From Callorhinchus milii (Eukaryota), in assembly GCF_018977255.1 (NCBI RefSeq), contig NW_024704743.1, positions 91,452,001 to 91,516,000 on the forward strand: a stretch of 64,000 nucleotides of DNA, in the 5' to 3' direction. The position numbers were made by a program, and so were the translations under genes. Shown here in pieces: positions 50,561 through 63,525 of the stretch; position 1 is the stretch's first letter; each line of letters begins with the position of its first letter. Under the pieces are notes generated by a model. That model was not told where the DNA came from. It was given only the letters and a program-made list of their open reading frames with translations, and did no database searches.

Positions 50561-50649
50561 TTTGAACAAGTTAATGGAAAAAATTGCAAGAATGGTGGGA
50601 AAATATTTGTTGTGAAACAAATTGCCATTGTGCTTTGTGCCATTATTCC

Positions 50650-50958
50650 CACCTCAGGCTTTCAAGCTCACAGTCTAGGACTTCAACGTGGTACTAGCGG
50701 AACATTGCATTGTTGAAGATGTTGTACTTGGAGTTAAAGATCCCATGACATTACTCAAAATGGAAAAGGAATTTCTCCCCATGTTCAGGCCAAAAATCCC
50801 CCATTTCAATTTATCATTCACTTCATGACTATTGGCAAATGGCTTCCATGTTCGCCCACAAATACACAATTATTACCCTTTACAGTATATCCAGTGAAGC
50901 ATTTTGCAACATCCTCCTGCTGTGAAAGGCGCTTTATCAAATGCAATGATTATTATGA
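50650..50958 (+). mobile_element. Older Deu-SINE
   Basis: gttaaagatcccatgacattactcaaaatggaaaaggaatttctccc; tail gtgaaaggcgctttatcaaatgcaatgattatt. Confidence 0.7.
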
Positions 50959-52184
50959 TCTCTGGAATAAGAGACCCTCTGTTAACTCTCCTCTTCTGAG
51001 ATCAATGTGTAACCATGATCCGTCTTTGGGACATGATTAACCTGCTGCCCTTGAAAATAGGGTGAACACTCAGCAGTTTTGAGGCAGAAATAGTCCATAT
51101 ATCAGATGTCAGGCAAACACAAACAGCTAGAGGTGCCGGAGGTTTGTTAATGCATGAACAATTCCATTCAGAGCAAAATGTGCGACAAAATTGGGAAAAA
51201 AAGGTTTAAAATATGCTTATATCTATTGAAAGCTGTAAAAGACACGCCACAAAGGGTTAATTAGAAATCAGCAGCTTATAAGAATGCTTTGTAAGTTGTT
51301 TCTTTGGACCGTTGTGACAATAACTCATGCACATTAATGCTCTGCTTATTGAATTTATGCTCCCATTTACTTATGAGTTTTAGATTGCACTGCACTCTAG
51401 TGCTTCCTTCCAAAACACAAAGGACAAATTCTGCTACATTCGCCTTGTGGCAAAAATGCGTTTGCATCACATTTTATGGTGTAAATGCATTTTTCCATTT
51501 TCACAGCAAGTTGGATCATTTTTAGTTTGCCTTCTCCCTTTGTCTCGTGCATCGAGGATGAGCGGGTGCGGAGATTGAATTAACGCGCTGCCCGGATGCC
51601 AACAAATATTCTACTGCATTCATTTTAAGGCATCCCATCTCATCAGTATGTCCGGCCACGTGTTACTCCTCTCCCCTTTGTTACTAGCCACGCAGCCATT
51701 AAAAATGTCCTTTTCAATTCAAAGAAAAGAATGTTCGTCAGCCAAGTGTTTCTCTTGATTTAAAAGGCTGAAGTCTTCTCTGAATCTGCCTATGACTGTT
51801 TACAAGCACATCAGCCAATGAAATGCCATGTTAAAATTATCAACAATGTGGGAGGAGGGAGGGCGGGGGGGTTGAAAAAGCACTTAAACAGCATAATTGT
51901 TATGTAACTGCCAGAAAACATGCCCACAATGCAGACTGTGTTATCTACAGGGAATTTCCTGTCATATTCCTTTAAGCCGTTCACCAATAAATGTGCAATC
52001 ACTACCTTTCCCAGGAAAATCCTGTAAGCGCTTTGAGACATCTCGATAAAGTGATAAAATGCTACATCAAATGCAAGGTTTTTTNATATATATTATATAT
52101 GACACATATATATATATAATACATAAATTGAGACCTTAATCTACACATATATCACATTCAGACTGCTTGTCAGATTACTTCACA

Positions 52185-52688
52185 AGCTGCAAACTGTTCA
52201 GAACTGTGCAGTTCGTCTCTGCGAGCCTATCACCCCATCCTCGCCTGGCTCCAATGGCTTCCACTTGCATCCCCTAGTGGATTAAGTTCAAGATTCTCAT
52301 CCTCACCTTTAAATGCTGCCATGGTCTTGCCCCCACCCTACCTCTGCGACCTCCTCAAACTCCACCAACCCACCATCTCCCTTCATTCACTGGCACTGGC
52401 CTGCTTCACGTAGCCCACCCGACCCACCCCACCATTGATGATCATTTTTTCAGCCTATCTGCTCCCACTCTTTGGAACCCCATCCCAGAATCCCTATGAC
52501 TCGCCCCTTCCATCACCTCTTTCAAGGGTCCTCCATAAGACCTTCCTCTTTGACCATGCCTTCGAGAATCTTCTCATTTCCCTTCTCCCTTGGCACTACC
52601 ACCAGCTCGGGTGCAAACCTTAGACTGTCCAGGACCTTTGGATGTCCTCCCAACGTGAAAGACACCGTATAAATGTAAATAGTTGTTG
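52185..52688 (+). mobile_element. L2 LINE 3' fragment
   Basis: atcaccccatcctcgcctggctccaatggcttcc...ttcaagattctcatcctcacctttaaa (ITPILxxLHWLP..FKILxLTFK, frameshifted); L2 tail. Confidence 0.85.
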
Positions 52689-52804
52689 ACTTCCCTCTTG
52701 CAATAAGATAAAAGTTTTTCCGAAATACTTTTTCAATGAAGTCAGATCTCTTTAAAATATTTGTATTCTGAAACCTATCCTTGTAGGAAAACAACCATCA
52801 GTCA

Positions 52805-53195
52805 CAAAAAGCTGAGCCCTACAGACACGGAAGCTTTCAGGTTCAAATACTCAGTCTGTGCGAATTAGCTGATCTCAGCTTGCACAGCAGTTGGTTCACT
52901 ACAATCGACCTCTCTCCCTCAGGAATGGGGGTGGGGTGGGGGGCAGCGAGAGAAAAAAGATCAGCCCTGGGTTCCTACTTCTCATTATTTTCAGTAATTT
53001 CTGCTGGAAAGTGCATGTGTGTGGATTTTGGATAAGGACAATATCAGGCTTCTCTGCGATAGACCCCATAGTAAAATCATCAGCCAATATTCATTGTGTA
53101 AACTCTTATATGAAGAGTGATCCCTTGAGGGAAGTACAGACAGGCGGCTGGCACTTATGGAGTTGTGCTGCAGTGTGAGTCAGAGCCTCGAGGTG
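52805..53195 (+). mobile_element. Ancient tRNA-SINE (AmnSINE2-like), best-preserved copy
   Basis: caggttcaaatactcagtctgtgcgaattagctgatctcagc...atcagccctgggttcctact...ctgctggaaagtgcatgtgtgtgg. Related copies at 50.1, 57.4 and 58.2 kb. Family name from memory. Confidence 0.55.
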
Positions 53196-54029
53196 GAAAT
53201 ATTTGCATTCTTTTGCATTGGGAGAAAAAGACTAACAGAGATTTCCTCCCCATCCTTCACCAACACAGAAATAGGCTGGAGGGCCATTATCAAGATTTGA
53301 TGGTATACAATAACAATAATATTCCTTGCATTTGATGTAGCACCTTATCACATCATTGAGACATCTCAAACGCTTCACAGAATATACTATAAAGTGAATT
53401 GGCTGAGGTTTTTGTCACAGAATGAAAGACCTTAAACAAAATGGTCCAAGGGAGGGTTTGTTGGCATGATGGCTGGCGTACCCTAAAAGAATGGAATCCA
53501 CCACCGAGATTATTGACACGAGAATTATTCTGAAATGCTGCCAACTCCTACTTGCATTAGAATATCATGAATAGCAAATGCAAAAGGAAGTCACAAAACA
53601 CTTTGAAAAGAACGTTTACATACACACAGTTTGTTACTCACACTACGGCTCGGGGCATGTACATTAGAATGAATCACCAGGGCTTCAGTGGTTTATTTAA
53701 GTACTTTGCAACTTTGAAACACTGAAATCAATAGACAAATATACCTGATTATCAGCTTTTCTCAGGAAGGATTAGTGTTCTGCAAGTATATAATCTCTCC
53801 CATTAGTATGCTTCAACTGGGAATTTGTGAGATGCTTTGGACAGCTAATCATATTCAGAACAATGAGCAAAGTCATAGTTTTCTTATCTACATCTGCTTC
53901 ACATTGCTGATATGTAACACGGTGGTACAGTGAGACAGAGTGAGCTTGAATGGGTGAATGGTCAGTTTTAATCAATTGTGTTAAAATGTACTGCATTGTC
54001 TAAACTTTATGCAAAAATAATGAAACAAA

Positions 54030-54325
54030 CAGGACTGTGGAATGTAATGGGATAATACACTATTCATTCACCTCTGGCATCTGGGCTCTTATCTAGCTCA
54101 GATTGATGGGATGAAAACATTCGGTCTATAAAGGTCCACTGTGAAATGAAGCTGGGCTATTTAAATTCAATTCCCTTATGAGCATGAACCCAGAATGCAA
54201 AAGTGCCCCTTACTTGGTAATCTCACTCAGAGAGGCCCCATTGCTGGTACATGACATGAAAAATGTCACACTGCCTCAGCACTGAATGTTCTCAAGGCAT
54301 GTTATTTGGGGAAGAGTAGAGGCTG
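54030..54325 (+). mobile_element. LF-SINE-like ancient SINE
   Basis: Colinear motifs ttcacctctggcatctggg..tctagctcag, tgtgaaatgaagctgg and ctca.tcagagaggcc resemble the recalled LF-SINE consensus. Confidence 0.4.
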
Positions 54326-54644
54326 AAATTCCGCCAATATTTATCACATCAGAATCTGTTCTGAAAAGTTACAAATTTGTCCCCTCGGTGCAACAATCAC
54401 ATCCATCGCATTTCACTGGCTCTTCACAAGATACCGGTTGAATTCAATGTGAGACTCTCAGCAGTTGGCGAGAAAGGTGGTGGAAGTGAAATCTTCAGAC
54501 TGCCTTTATCCCAACTATTGTGGTCAGGGTCAAGGGGAGGTACTTACTCCAACAGCCAGTCTTTGCTGAAAGAATTGTAATGTTCCACCCGTCTCTGTCA
54601 CAATTGGACCTCTTAAAACTCTTTCAAAATTTGAAACAATCTAT

Positions 54645-55060
54645 AGTAACTATAATCCTTGAATTTGATATAGCACCTTTCACATCAAGAGGATGACTCA
54701 AAGTGCTTCACATGATATACTCTAAAGTGCAGTAACTGTATATTATGTGGGCGAAGGCAACAGTCAATTTGCACCCAGTAAGTTCCCACAAACAACCATA
54801 AAGTGAATGATTAATTTTATTTAGGGAATTGTTGGCCAGCAAACTGGGAGAAACCTCCTTCACTTTTTGAATAGTGCTGTGTGTTCTTTAACCTCCACCT
54901 GGAAAGACAGATGGGACCTTGATTTAATCTCTCAACTAACAATGCAGCACTGCACTGGAGTGTCAGTTCAGATGATATGGGTACCAAGTCTCGACTTGGG
55001 TCTTGAACCAACATCTCTGACTCAGACACAAGAGTGCTACCAACTGAGCCAGGCTGACAC
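54645..55060 (-). mobile_element. Older full-length Deu-SINE
   Basis: Tail at 54650, Deu core, head ctgactcagacacaagagtgctaccaactgagccaggctgacac. Confidence 0.8.
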
Positions 55061-55579
55061 TCCGATCACGTCTCTTTTATTCATCTCTAGTTTGGTTTCC
55101 GATTCCTAAATCTTCAGTAATGGAATAATGTGATTGCCACAGGCTTGCCTAAACCTTGTGCCCACTTGTTTTGACTGGTCTGCAGTATTTATCTTTAACC
55201 AGAGAAAAATGCACAGGAGAGAGAGTGGAGGGTGGGAGAGGTGGGGAGGAATGCAGAAGAGCATCCTTTTCATTCTAAAGTGTCACACAGCTTAAAACTC
55301 TGCTCACATAGCCAGCACTTTGGCACATTCAAAGAACGCAATTTGTTTTCCTTTCTTTCCAGTTTGTGTTTTATTATGCTGGAAAGCAGAACCTGATTTA
55401 AGTCCTGCTCAAACCTCCTAAAAAGGAAAAGGAGACAGCGGTGGGAAGGTGGTAGACTGACCAACGTGTGCTGGATCCACTTAGCCCTCTCTGCTGTTTG
55501 TGACTGTGCCTTGCAGCATAAGCGTTGTGCATTCACAAGTGGTTCCTTTGAATCCTCAAACTCAGTGTCTGGCTGAATG

Positions 55580-56066
55580 TAAGATTAGACTTGCTCACAA
55601 ACAAGAGATCTGGGTTTGATTCCCAGCAGGGCGAAACCTTGGGCAAGTTTCCTTACTCCACTCGCCTGATAATAATCCCTCAAGAAAGAAAACAATAATA
55701 ATTTGGTCACTTCAATCCACGACTGTTTGTGGGACACTGCTGTGCGCAATTGGCTGCTTCGTTTCACCCACAAAAATTCACTTTACAGTATATTCTGTGA
55801 AGGGCTTTGAGACGTCTACAGAAGACGTGAAAAGCGCTATGTCAAATTGAAGGATTATTATTATTATTATGAAACATTAAACTAAGGTCCGTTCTGTCTG
55901 TTCAGGTGAACGTTAAAGATCCCATGGCACTATTAAAAAAAGGAGAATTAAATTGCTGCATTTGCCCTCAAAATAAGTCACTACACTTTACAATAAATCC
56001 CGTGAAGCACTTTTGTCAGCCTTCCAATGTAAAATTGTTACATCAAATGTAAGGGCTATTATTATT
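55580..56066 (+). mobile_element. Young-type SINE (55580-55870) followed by an older Deu-SINE 3' part
   Basis: gggcgaaaccttgggcaagtttccttactccac, Deu motif and (ATT)n tail, then ttcaggtgaacgttaaagatcccatggcactatt. Confidence 0.8.
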
Positions 56067-56719
56067 TTAAGAGACTGGAAATTCTTTTTGATGCTTTTCA
56101 AAATGCTAACCAATCTCTTATTTCCTTTGACAAGTAGTGTCTGGGGATTCAGGGGTTAGTACTTCATTTGTTTGTGGGTCTTCTGCAATGACATATCCCA
56201 GGTCCAGAACAACACCCTGTAAGAGCCTTAAAAGAATGGGTCCTCTCAAACCTGGGAGCCAGACTCTCTCTGTAAATGGAACATATGTACCTATTTTTAA
56301 CACATAAGCATAACAGCATACTAAATACAATTGACACAAAGAAAAAGAAAAGAAAAAAATAAGACTTCATAGACATGAGCATTTTGAAAACAATGTTTGA
56401 AGGTTTACATGAATATTTAATTCATTTTAAAATGAAGTGCAGTGAAGCCAACATTTTATGTGTCGAAAAAATACAAAAAATATTTACCTAGATCTGAATG
56501 TCTGACAGAATTTTAATCATTTTAATGTTCAGTGTTGACTTGTCTCCTCCATTTCAGTTCTTTCTGACTTTCTATACCGGCTGGAATCCTGCATCAAGTC
56601 CAAGATGCAAGTCTCCCAATTTCTGGTACATGCATTCACATTTTTTTAGGGCTGACTTGCAGTACCTTTGTGAGTTCTCCTTCCATACAAATGTTCAAAC
56701 AAAAAAATCTTAGCTTTTG

Positions 56720-57310
56720 CCATGTCTGGACTCAAAGGCATATAGCCTAAGCTGACATTCCAATGCAGTGCTGGGTGTATGTTCCATTGTTGGAAGTGCC
56801 ATCCTTCGTATGAGGTCCCATCTACCTGTTCAGGTGGATGTTAAAGATCCCGTGGCATTGTTCAAAAAAGAGAAAGGAATTTCTCCTGGTGTCCCTGGCC
56901 AACAATCCTCCAGATAAAATTGGTCATTCACTTCAAGGCTGTTTGTGAGACAATTGGGCAGCAGTGTTCGCTTAAATGCACAGTCACTCCTCTTCACAGT
57001 AAATCCTGTGAAGCGTTTTGCGCCGGCCTCCCGATGTAAACAGCGCTATACGAAATGCAACACTTAATAATAATAATAATAATAATAATCCTTGCATTTG
57101 ATATAGCGCTTTTCACGTCGGGAGGACGTCCCAAAGCGCTTCACAGAACACACTGTAAAGTGAATTGACTGTATATTTGTGGGTGAACGCGGCAGCCAAT
57201 TGCGCACAGCAATGTCCCACAAACAGTCGTAGATTGAAAATGACCAATTTATTATTGTTTTTGGTTTTGGAGGGATTATTATTAGGCTCTGTGTGGAGTA
57301 AGGAAACTTA
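56720..57310. mobile_element. Tail-to-tail SINE pair: plus Deu-SINE (56720-57065) and minus 5'-truncated young SINE (57066-57310)
   Basis: The two tails meet at (TAA)n, 57066-57089. Confidence 0.85.
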
Positions 57311-57689
57311 TTGATTATTAGTGTGTCAAAAAATAAATATTATTATTATTACAGGCTGGTGCCTTGTTCAGTCATGATTGGTGATTAATCTGTTGATCTC
57401 AGCAAATCTGGCAGTAAGTACCACAATTGACCTAAAGATGGGCTCAGGTCTATATCTCTTAACATGTTTAAAACTTCAATAAGACCTCCCTTGTCTCTTA
57501 TTTTCTTCAATTTTGCAGTGTCTCCTCTGCCTGATGCCTAATTTCAGGTATTTAACCAACCCCATCACTGTGCAGTATTCTGAAATGCTATCCTGGTTAA
57601 AGGCACTATATATATTGTTGTTGTGTAAGTTTCAAGTTGTTGTACTAATTTTCTGTAGTTTGCTCTCTATCGCACCCTCTCCAATACCA

Positions 57690-58990
57690 GGGTGTCTTTA
57701 CTGTAGTACAGTGACCAGATGCGTACGCAATACTCCAGGCATTCACTTGTCCATCACACTCAGGTCTGATCCACAGATGTCAAATGACGGTGTTTTCCAT
57801 TGTCATTTAGATTCACAGTATTTCTTTTGCTATCCCTTGGGATTCAAACGAAAATGTCATTAACTTTATTGATAAGTATTTAACCTTGACTGGAAACCTT
57901 CTGTGAATGATCAATATTCACACAGAAACACTTGACCTATTCCACCTTTATTGAAGGGCAGCCTTTCACTTTGTGTAAACCAACGAATCCCTGTTCTACT
58001 CTGAAGGTCCCTATATTTCACCAGATCACAAGAATAAAGACCCCTGCCCCCAAACAGGGGATTGCACGCTGGACCCTCAAACGATGGTCAACTTTGTCAC
58101 ATTAAAAGTCTGATGCTCTGTCAATTAAGCTTTCTGGATTTCCTGCATTAAAATCCATCTGCCATCCATTTGTGCTGGAGCAGAGTACCAAAAATGCCCT
58201 CTGGTACTTCCCTTAACTGCCCATTGGCCCTGTGTTTAGCTGGACGGTGGTGTTGTCAGGCTATTTGCTTGGGAGGGGTGGGGGTCATTTAGTGGAGATC
58301 CATAGCCTCAGCCTGACATTCAGACATGCCTTTCTTTCCTCATGGATACTAAGATGGCAATCTAGACTTAGATTTCTAGCTAATTTTCACTTCTGTTGCC
58401 CTAAGACCAATTTTAGCATCCCAACTGTTTCTGGCTGATACAACTCAGGAGGGGGAGTGAACCTGTATGATGTGTACGGCAATGCTGCACTATCTATTGG
58501 CTTTACCCATTACCAAGAGACATGTTTTTAACATTTTTTATTTATAACATTACATGAAATAAGATCCTCTAAATAATTTATAAATATTGAAAATCCACAG
58601 CTCATGGGCTGGGAGCTGGTGGGGAAAACCAGCCAAAAAGTAACTAAACACTCATATCTATTTTATAAAAGATAATTGTTACCATTTTCCCATTCCACCT
58701 GCTGCTTCCGCACGCTAAGCCCATTTTCAATCCAGCTGCTAGTTTGCCGTTAAATCCATAAGTCTTAACTTCCTTTAAAATTTCCACTATGGATGCTTAT
58801 CTTAAAGCCATCTGATAATCCAAGTAAATTCTGGCCAATTGATAGACCTCGGTGTCAGTGTGGAAGGTTTTAGCAATGTTACGTCTGGTTATATCCAGAG
58901 GCAGAATCCTTATCCTATGAGATCTTGGAGCTCAGATTTATCAGTCTTTGCTGCCTGCAGCCTGACAGGTTAAAGGTTATCCCAAACCAA
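57690..58990 (-). mobile_element. Heavily decayed CR1 RT remnants with an inserted minus-strand ancient SINE (about 58170-58470)
   Basis: Minus-strand translations LEYCVRIWSLYYSKD (57.7 kb; CR1 LEYCVQFWSPHYKKD) and IYLDYQMA (58.8 kb; CR1 VYLDFQKAFD). Confidence 0.5.
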
Positions 58991-59284
58991 TTAGTCTGCA
59001 CAATTGATTTGTGTGACACACAGGCAATTCTCTCTTCCAATATTGCCTATCGTCTCACAAACTGGAAGGTTAACACCGAAGCAAAATGCTAAATTACCAA
59101 TACGTGAAAAGCTACAATGAGGTTGAGAACGGAGCGTTCGCAAAGAAGAAATCGCTGAGCTAATTGTTGCTTCTGTTCTGTCACTGAAATTGTGAGATTC
59201 ACGACAAAATTTATTGCAGTTCTCTAAGAACTCCCCATCCACCATCAGCACAAACATGTCGTGGTCCTGAATGGGTGCACGTGC

Positions 59285-59962
59285 CAGTGTTGAGCTGATG
59301 TATGCGGATGACACCCAACTCTACCTTTCTGCCTCCACCCTTGATTCCAGACCACTGCTGTCCTGACAGCCTCCACACCTCAGGCGCTGACAGCATCATC
59401 ATCCATGGATGCGCACTCCACCTTGCTCCACCTTGGCATCTTGTTTGACCCTCAACTATCCTTTCTACCCTACACCTGTGCCATGACCTTCTCTGCTTTC
59501 CTCCACATCCACAACATTGCCCGGCTCCGCCACTGTCTCACACCGCAGACCTCCGAAGCCTTCATACATGCATTCATTAAATCGAGGCTCAACTATGCAA
59601 ACTCATTGCTTGTCGGCCTCCCTAATTTCTCCCTCCACAGATCATCCAGAACTCTGCAGTCCATGTCCTCTCCCGCAGTAGGCTCCGCGACCCTATCACC
59701 CCCATCCTCGCTCAACTTCACTGGCTTCCCATCAAACAGAGGATACAGTTCAAGATCCCGGTCCTCACCTTCAAAGCCCTCCATGCTTTTGTTCCCCTCT
59801 ACCTCTGCAACCTCCTGACCCCCTACCATCCTGCTCGCTCCCTCCGCTCAGCAGGCTCTGGCTTGACCCTCAGCTCGGGTCCATAACTCTGTCTTTCCAG
59901 CACCTTGGGACATCCTCCGACGTGAAAGGCGCTATACAAATGCAATTTTGTTGTTGTTGTTG
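59285..59962 (+). mobile_element. L2 LINE fragment including the RT catalytic motif
   Basis: atg tat gcg gat gac acc caa ctc tac = MYADDTQLY at 59298-59324, then LGILFDPQLSF...NIARLRHCLTP. Frameshifted. (TTG)n tail. Confidence 0.9.
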
Positions 59963-60329
59963 ATGTATAGATTTCTTACCTATTGTTGGACTTTTCAACC
60001 CTTTTCTTGGCCCAGAAATTGACAGAAAGTGAAACGTAACTACAACCTGCTGTGAGAACACATTGCCCCAGCAACAAATAGAATATTTAGTATTTGTTCA
60101 TCTCAGGCCACATCGATATCTACAACCTCTGTCACAAACTCGGGTCCAACAACCCTCACTGATGTTCATCTGACTGAAATTCAACTCTGACCCAAGACCC
60201 AGGCAGACACATTAACTGATTTGTTTCAATTGCTTTGAATGCAGAATATTTACTGTTGACTAAAGGGTCCAGGTTTACCAACAGCAAGAGTTGCTAAGAG
60301 AGTCCGAGTGAATGTCCTTGTAGAAAAAG

Positions 60330-60590
60330 TAATAGAGTTTTTCAAGGTTGGAGATTTCAACTCAGATACAGCATCAGCTACTTTTATTGGGAAACTGTTG
60401 CAGATGTTCACTACTCTGTAATGAAAAGAGCATCCCTATAGTCTCACTTGATCATCGTTCATTTTAAATCTACGTCCTTTAGCTCTGTGTTCATGGTCAA
60501 AGCCAAATAGTCTGTTTACACTTAAATCAACTGTGCCTCTTACTAATTTATAATATAATAATCCTTTGGACCATTAAACCAAGATCTCAA
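60330..60590 (-). mobile_element. Decayed CR1 ORF2 C-terminal fragment
   Basis: The minus strand translates to RVVNICNSFPIKVADA. Confidence 0.5.
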
Positions 60591-60591
60591 T

Positions 60592-60840
60592 TGCTGTTAA
60601 AGATCCCATAACACTATTTCAAAAGAGAAGAGTGTCTCCCAGTGTCCTAGCCAACAATTCCTCAAATAATATTGGTCATTCACTTCATGGCTATTTGTGG
60701 GACATTGTTGCGTGCAAATTGGCTGCCATGTTACACCACAAAACATACATTCTCAAGACACTTTACAGTAAATCTTGTGAAGTACTTTGGGATTCCCTCG
60801 TGATGTGAAAAGCGCAATACCAAATGTAAGGATTATTATT
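60592..60840 (+). mobile_element. Deu-SINE 3' two-thirds
   Basis: gttaaagatcccataacactatttcaaaagagaagag...gcgtgcaaattggctgccatg...aggattattatt. Confidence 0.8.
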
Positions 60841-61421
60841 AAGAGATCTGGATTTGGCCCAATTCATTCTTCAGTGGGAACACTATTTTCTGGTTGCATT
60901 GCACAACTTCACATGTAAATAGGTAAGGTGGAGGACTAAGGTAAGGTCCTCTTGAATGCAATTCCATGATTGTACTTTCTTGGCTAGAACCACATTTTGC
61001 TTTAGTATCACATCTGTTTTGCCCAGAAAACGTACAGTCAAATTACTTTACAGTATATTCTGGGAAGTGCTTTGAGACATCAAGAAGATGTGATATGGCG
61101 CTACATCAAATGCAAAGTTTATTACTATTATTAATATTATTATTATTATCTGTTTTCGCTTCATAAAAGAGAAATAATTTGGGGGAGAAAAATAATCTTT
61201 AAACAATCGAAGGAAACTTAAGTTGAAAGATGTCATCAACAACTAGGAAGAAGTAATAATCATGGTATCTCTGACAAAGATAATAACCTCAGAAAGAAGG
61301 TCCCAAGACAACACATTTACTTGACAATCAAAATAACCTGTTCATGAGAAGAAAACGTAAAGAACAAGTGGAAAAAGCAAGAGAAGAACTTAGAGTAGAA
61401 ATACAACCAACAGTGTGTGGA

Positions 61422-61530
61422 TAATAATAATCCTTGCATTTGATATAGTGCCTTATCACGTCTTCGAGACGTCTCAAAGCGCTTCACAGAATAAACTGTA
61501 AAGTGAATTGACTATATAATTTGTGGGCAA
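61422..61530 (-). mobile_element. Young SINE tail
   Basis: (AAT)n-ccttgcatttgatatagtgccttatcacgtcttcgagacgtctc. Confidence 0.8.
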
Positions 61531-62554
61531 AATAAGGCATAAGAGGCAAATACCAGAGACAAAATAAGTCAGATGGTATTTTTCTCATCGGTTTTTCCCC
61601 TCCCCCATCACCTCACTAAAGGAGGAACAAGAGAGCAGGGCAATCGGAAAGCTCACATCCAGGAACTTAGCAGAGGCCAAAATCTATTTCCTGGATTATA
61701 TCTCAATTGCTCAACATAAAGATGCGGGTTGGTATCTATCTGTACAGCAGGCCAGTCAGAGATAACTCTCTGACTCTAATTATTTGATAGTTATCGCCTT
61801 TCCTTGATGCTTCTCCTTGATCTGCAGAATGTGGAGCAAAAATAGATGAAACAACAAAAAAGTTTCTACTCAATTTACATTCTCCTATCCACTGCTTACT
61901 TTATTGTAAAACAGCCCATATCTTCAGGGGATAGAAGTGCATTAGTTGGATGGATCACTTGAGCACTCTACATTTGTAAATCTAGCAAGCATCGGTGGCA
62001 CAGTTAGCAGTCAGGCTTGGCTGAAATTTCCATGTCATTATAAATTTTGGCAGGAGCTTAAACACAACAATCAGTTTTGCATGGCCCACAGGGATTTTTT
62101 TCTTTTCCTATCCGACTTTCCAAACTATTGCATGATTTCATGGTTAACATCATGAGGATATCTGGGCCGCTGCAGTGGTAACCATGGTTGATTCCTCTCC
62201 ACACTTTTCCTTCCTCAGATGCACTCCCATTAATTATAATGTCCCTGCTTCAATGTGAATCTAGAACCTATCTACAATCTCCTCATCCAGATTGAATGGG
62301 CAATGGGTCACCAAGTAAACCACTGGAGAACCTCTTCCACAGCTTGCTTAAGGCTGTGTAACATAATAATCGTTGCATTTCATATATCGCCTTTCACATC
62401 TTGTGGACATCTCAAAGCACTTCACAGCAAGTGTAATGACTGTGTATTTTCTAAGTAAACGCAGCGGTCGATTTGCACATGGCAATGACCCATAAACAGC
62501 CATGAAGTGAACATGTGTTGAGACTGTCACATGTGTTGTTTCAAAACTATTTTA

Positions 62555-63356
62555 ACCTCAGGCTCTGGCAACATCAACCTCCATGGTTGCACACTACAAC
62601 TCACCAAGCCAGTCAGGAACCTAGGTGTCTTGTTCGACCCTCAACTGTCTTTTCTCCCCCACATCCAAGCCATGACCCGCTCTGCCTTCCCTCACCATCA
62701 TAACATTGCCCGACTTCGCCACTACCTCACCCCTCAGGCCGCTGAAACTCTTGTTTATACCTTCATCACCTCCAGGCTCGACTATGCAAACGCCCTCCTG
62801 CTTGTTGGCCCTCCCAATTCCTCCTTCCGCAGGCTGCAGATAATCCAGAACTCTGCAGCCCGTGTCCTCTCCCGCACCAAACTCCATGACCCCATCTCCC
62901 CCACTCTCACCCGACTCCACTGGCTCCCTATCCTTCAGAGGATCCAGTTCAAGATCCTGGTCCTCACCTACAAAGCCCTCCATGGCCTCACCCTACCCTA
63001 CCTCTGCGACACCTAACCCCCTACGAACCCGCCCGTTCCCTCCGCTCAGCCGACTCTGGCCTGCTCCACGTCCCCCAACCCACCCGCCCCACCATTGGCG
63101 GGAGAACCTTCAGCCACTCTGCCCCCAACTTCTGGAATTCCATCCCCCAGTCACTCCGCCTCACTCCCTCCTTAGCCTCCTTCAAGTCCTGCCTCAAGAT
63201 CCTCCTCTTCGACCATGCCATTGGCCACCCCCTTTCCCCTCCCCTCCCTTCCCTTCCTGACCCCTGCTCGGGTCTGAAATGCTGTACACTGTCCAGCCCC
63301 TTGGGGTCCTCCCGACGTGAAAGGCGCTGTACAAGTGTAATCTCTTGTTGTTGTTA
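62555..63356 (+). mobile_element. L2 LINE, best-preserved 3' 800 bp in the window
   Basis: ORF VRNLGVLFDPQLSF...SRLDYANALL...LQIIQNSAARVL...LHWLPILQRIQFKILVLTYKALHGL, then a frameshift, the 3' UTR and (TTG)n. Confidence 0.92.
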
Positions 63357-63412
63357 TCCCCATTGTATTTTTTTGTCAAAATCTCGTAATCTCATTGTTG
63401 TTATTTTCAGGT

Positions 63413-63525
63413 AATAATAATAAAAATCCTTGCATTTCATATTACCCCTTATCGTGTCTTCTAGACGTCTCACAGCGCTTCACAGAATATACTGTAAAGT
63501 GAATTGACTGCATATTTTTGTGGGC
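63413..63525 (-). mobile_element. SINE tail
   Basis: aataataaaaatccttgcatttc...gcgcttcacagaatatactgtaaagtgaattgactg. Confidence 0.8.

Noticed and set aside
52080..52125. AT-rich tract with a single N
   Set aside because: Assembly ambiguity at a SINE tail / (TA)n microsatellite, not a biological signal.
62531..63016. 161-aa ORF as a host gene or active RT
   Set aside because: 5'-truncated, frameshifted L2 ORF2 remnant.
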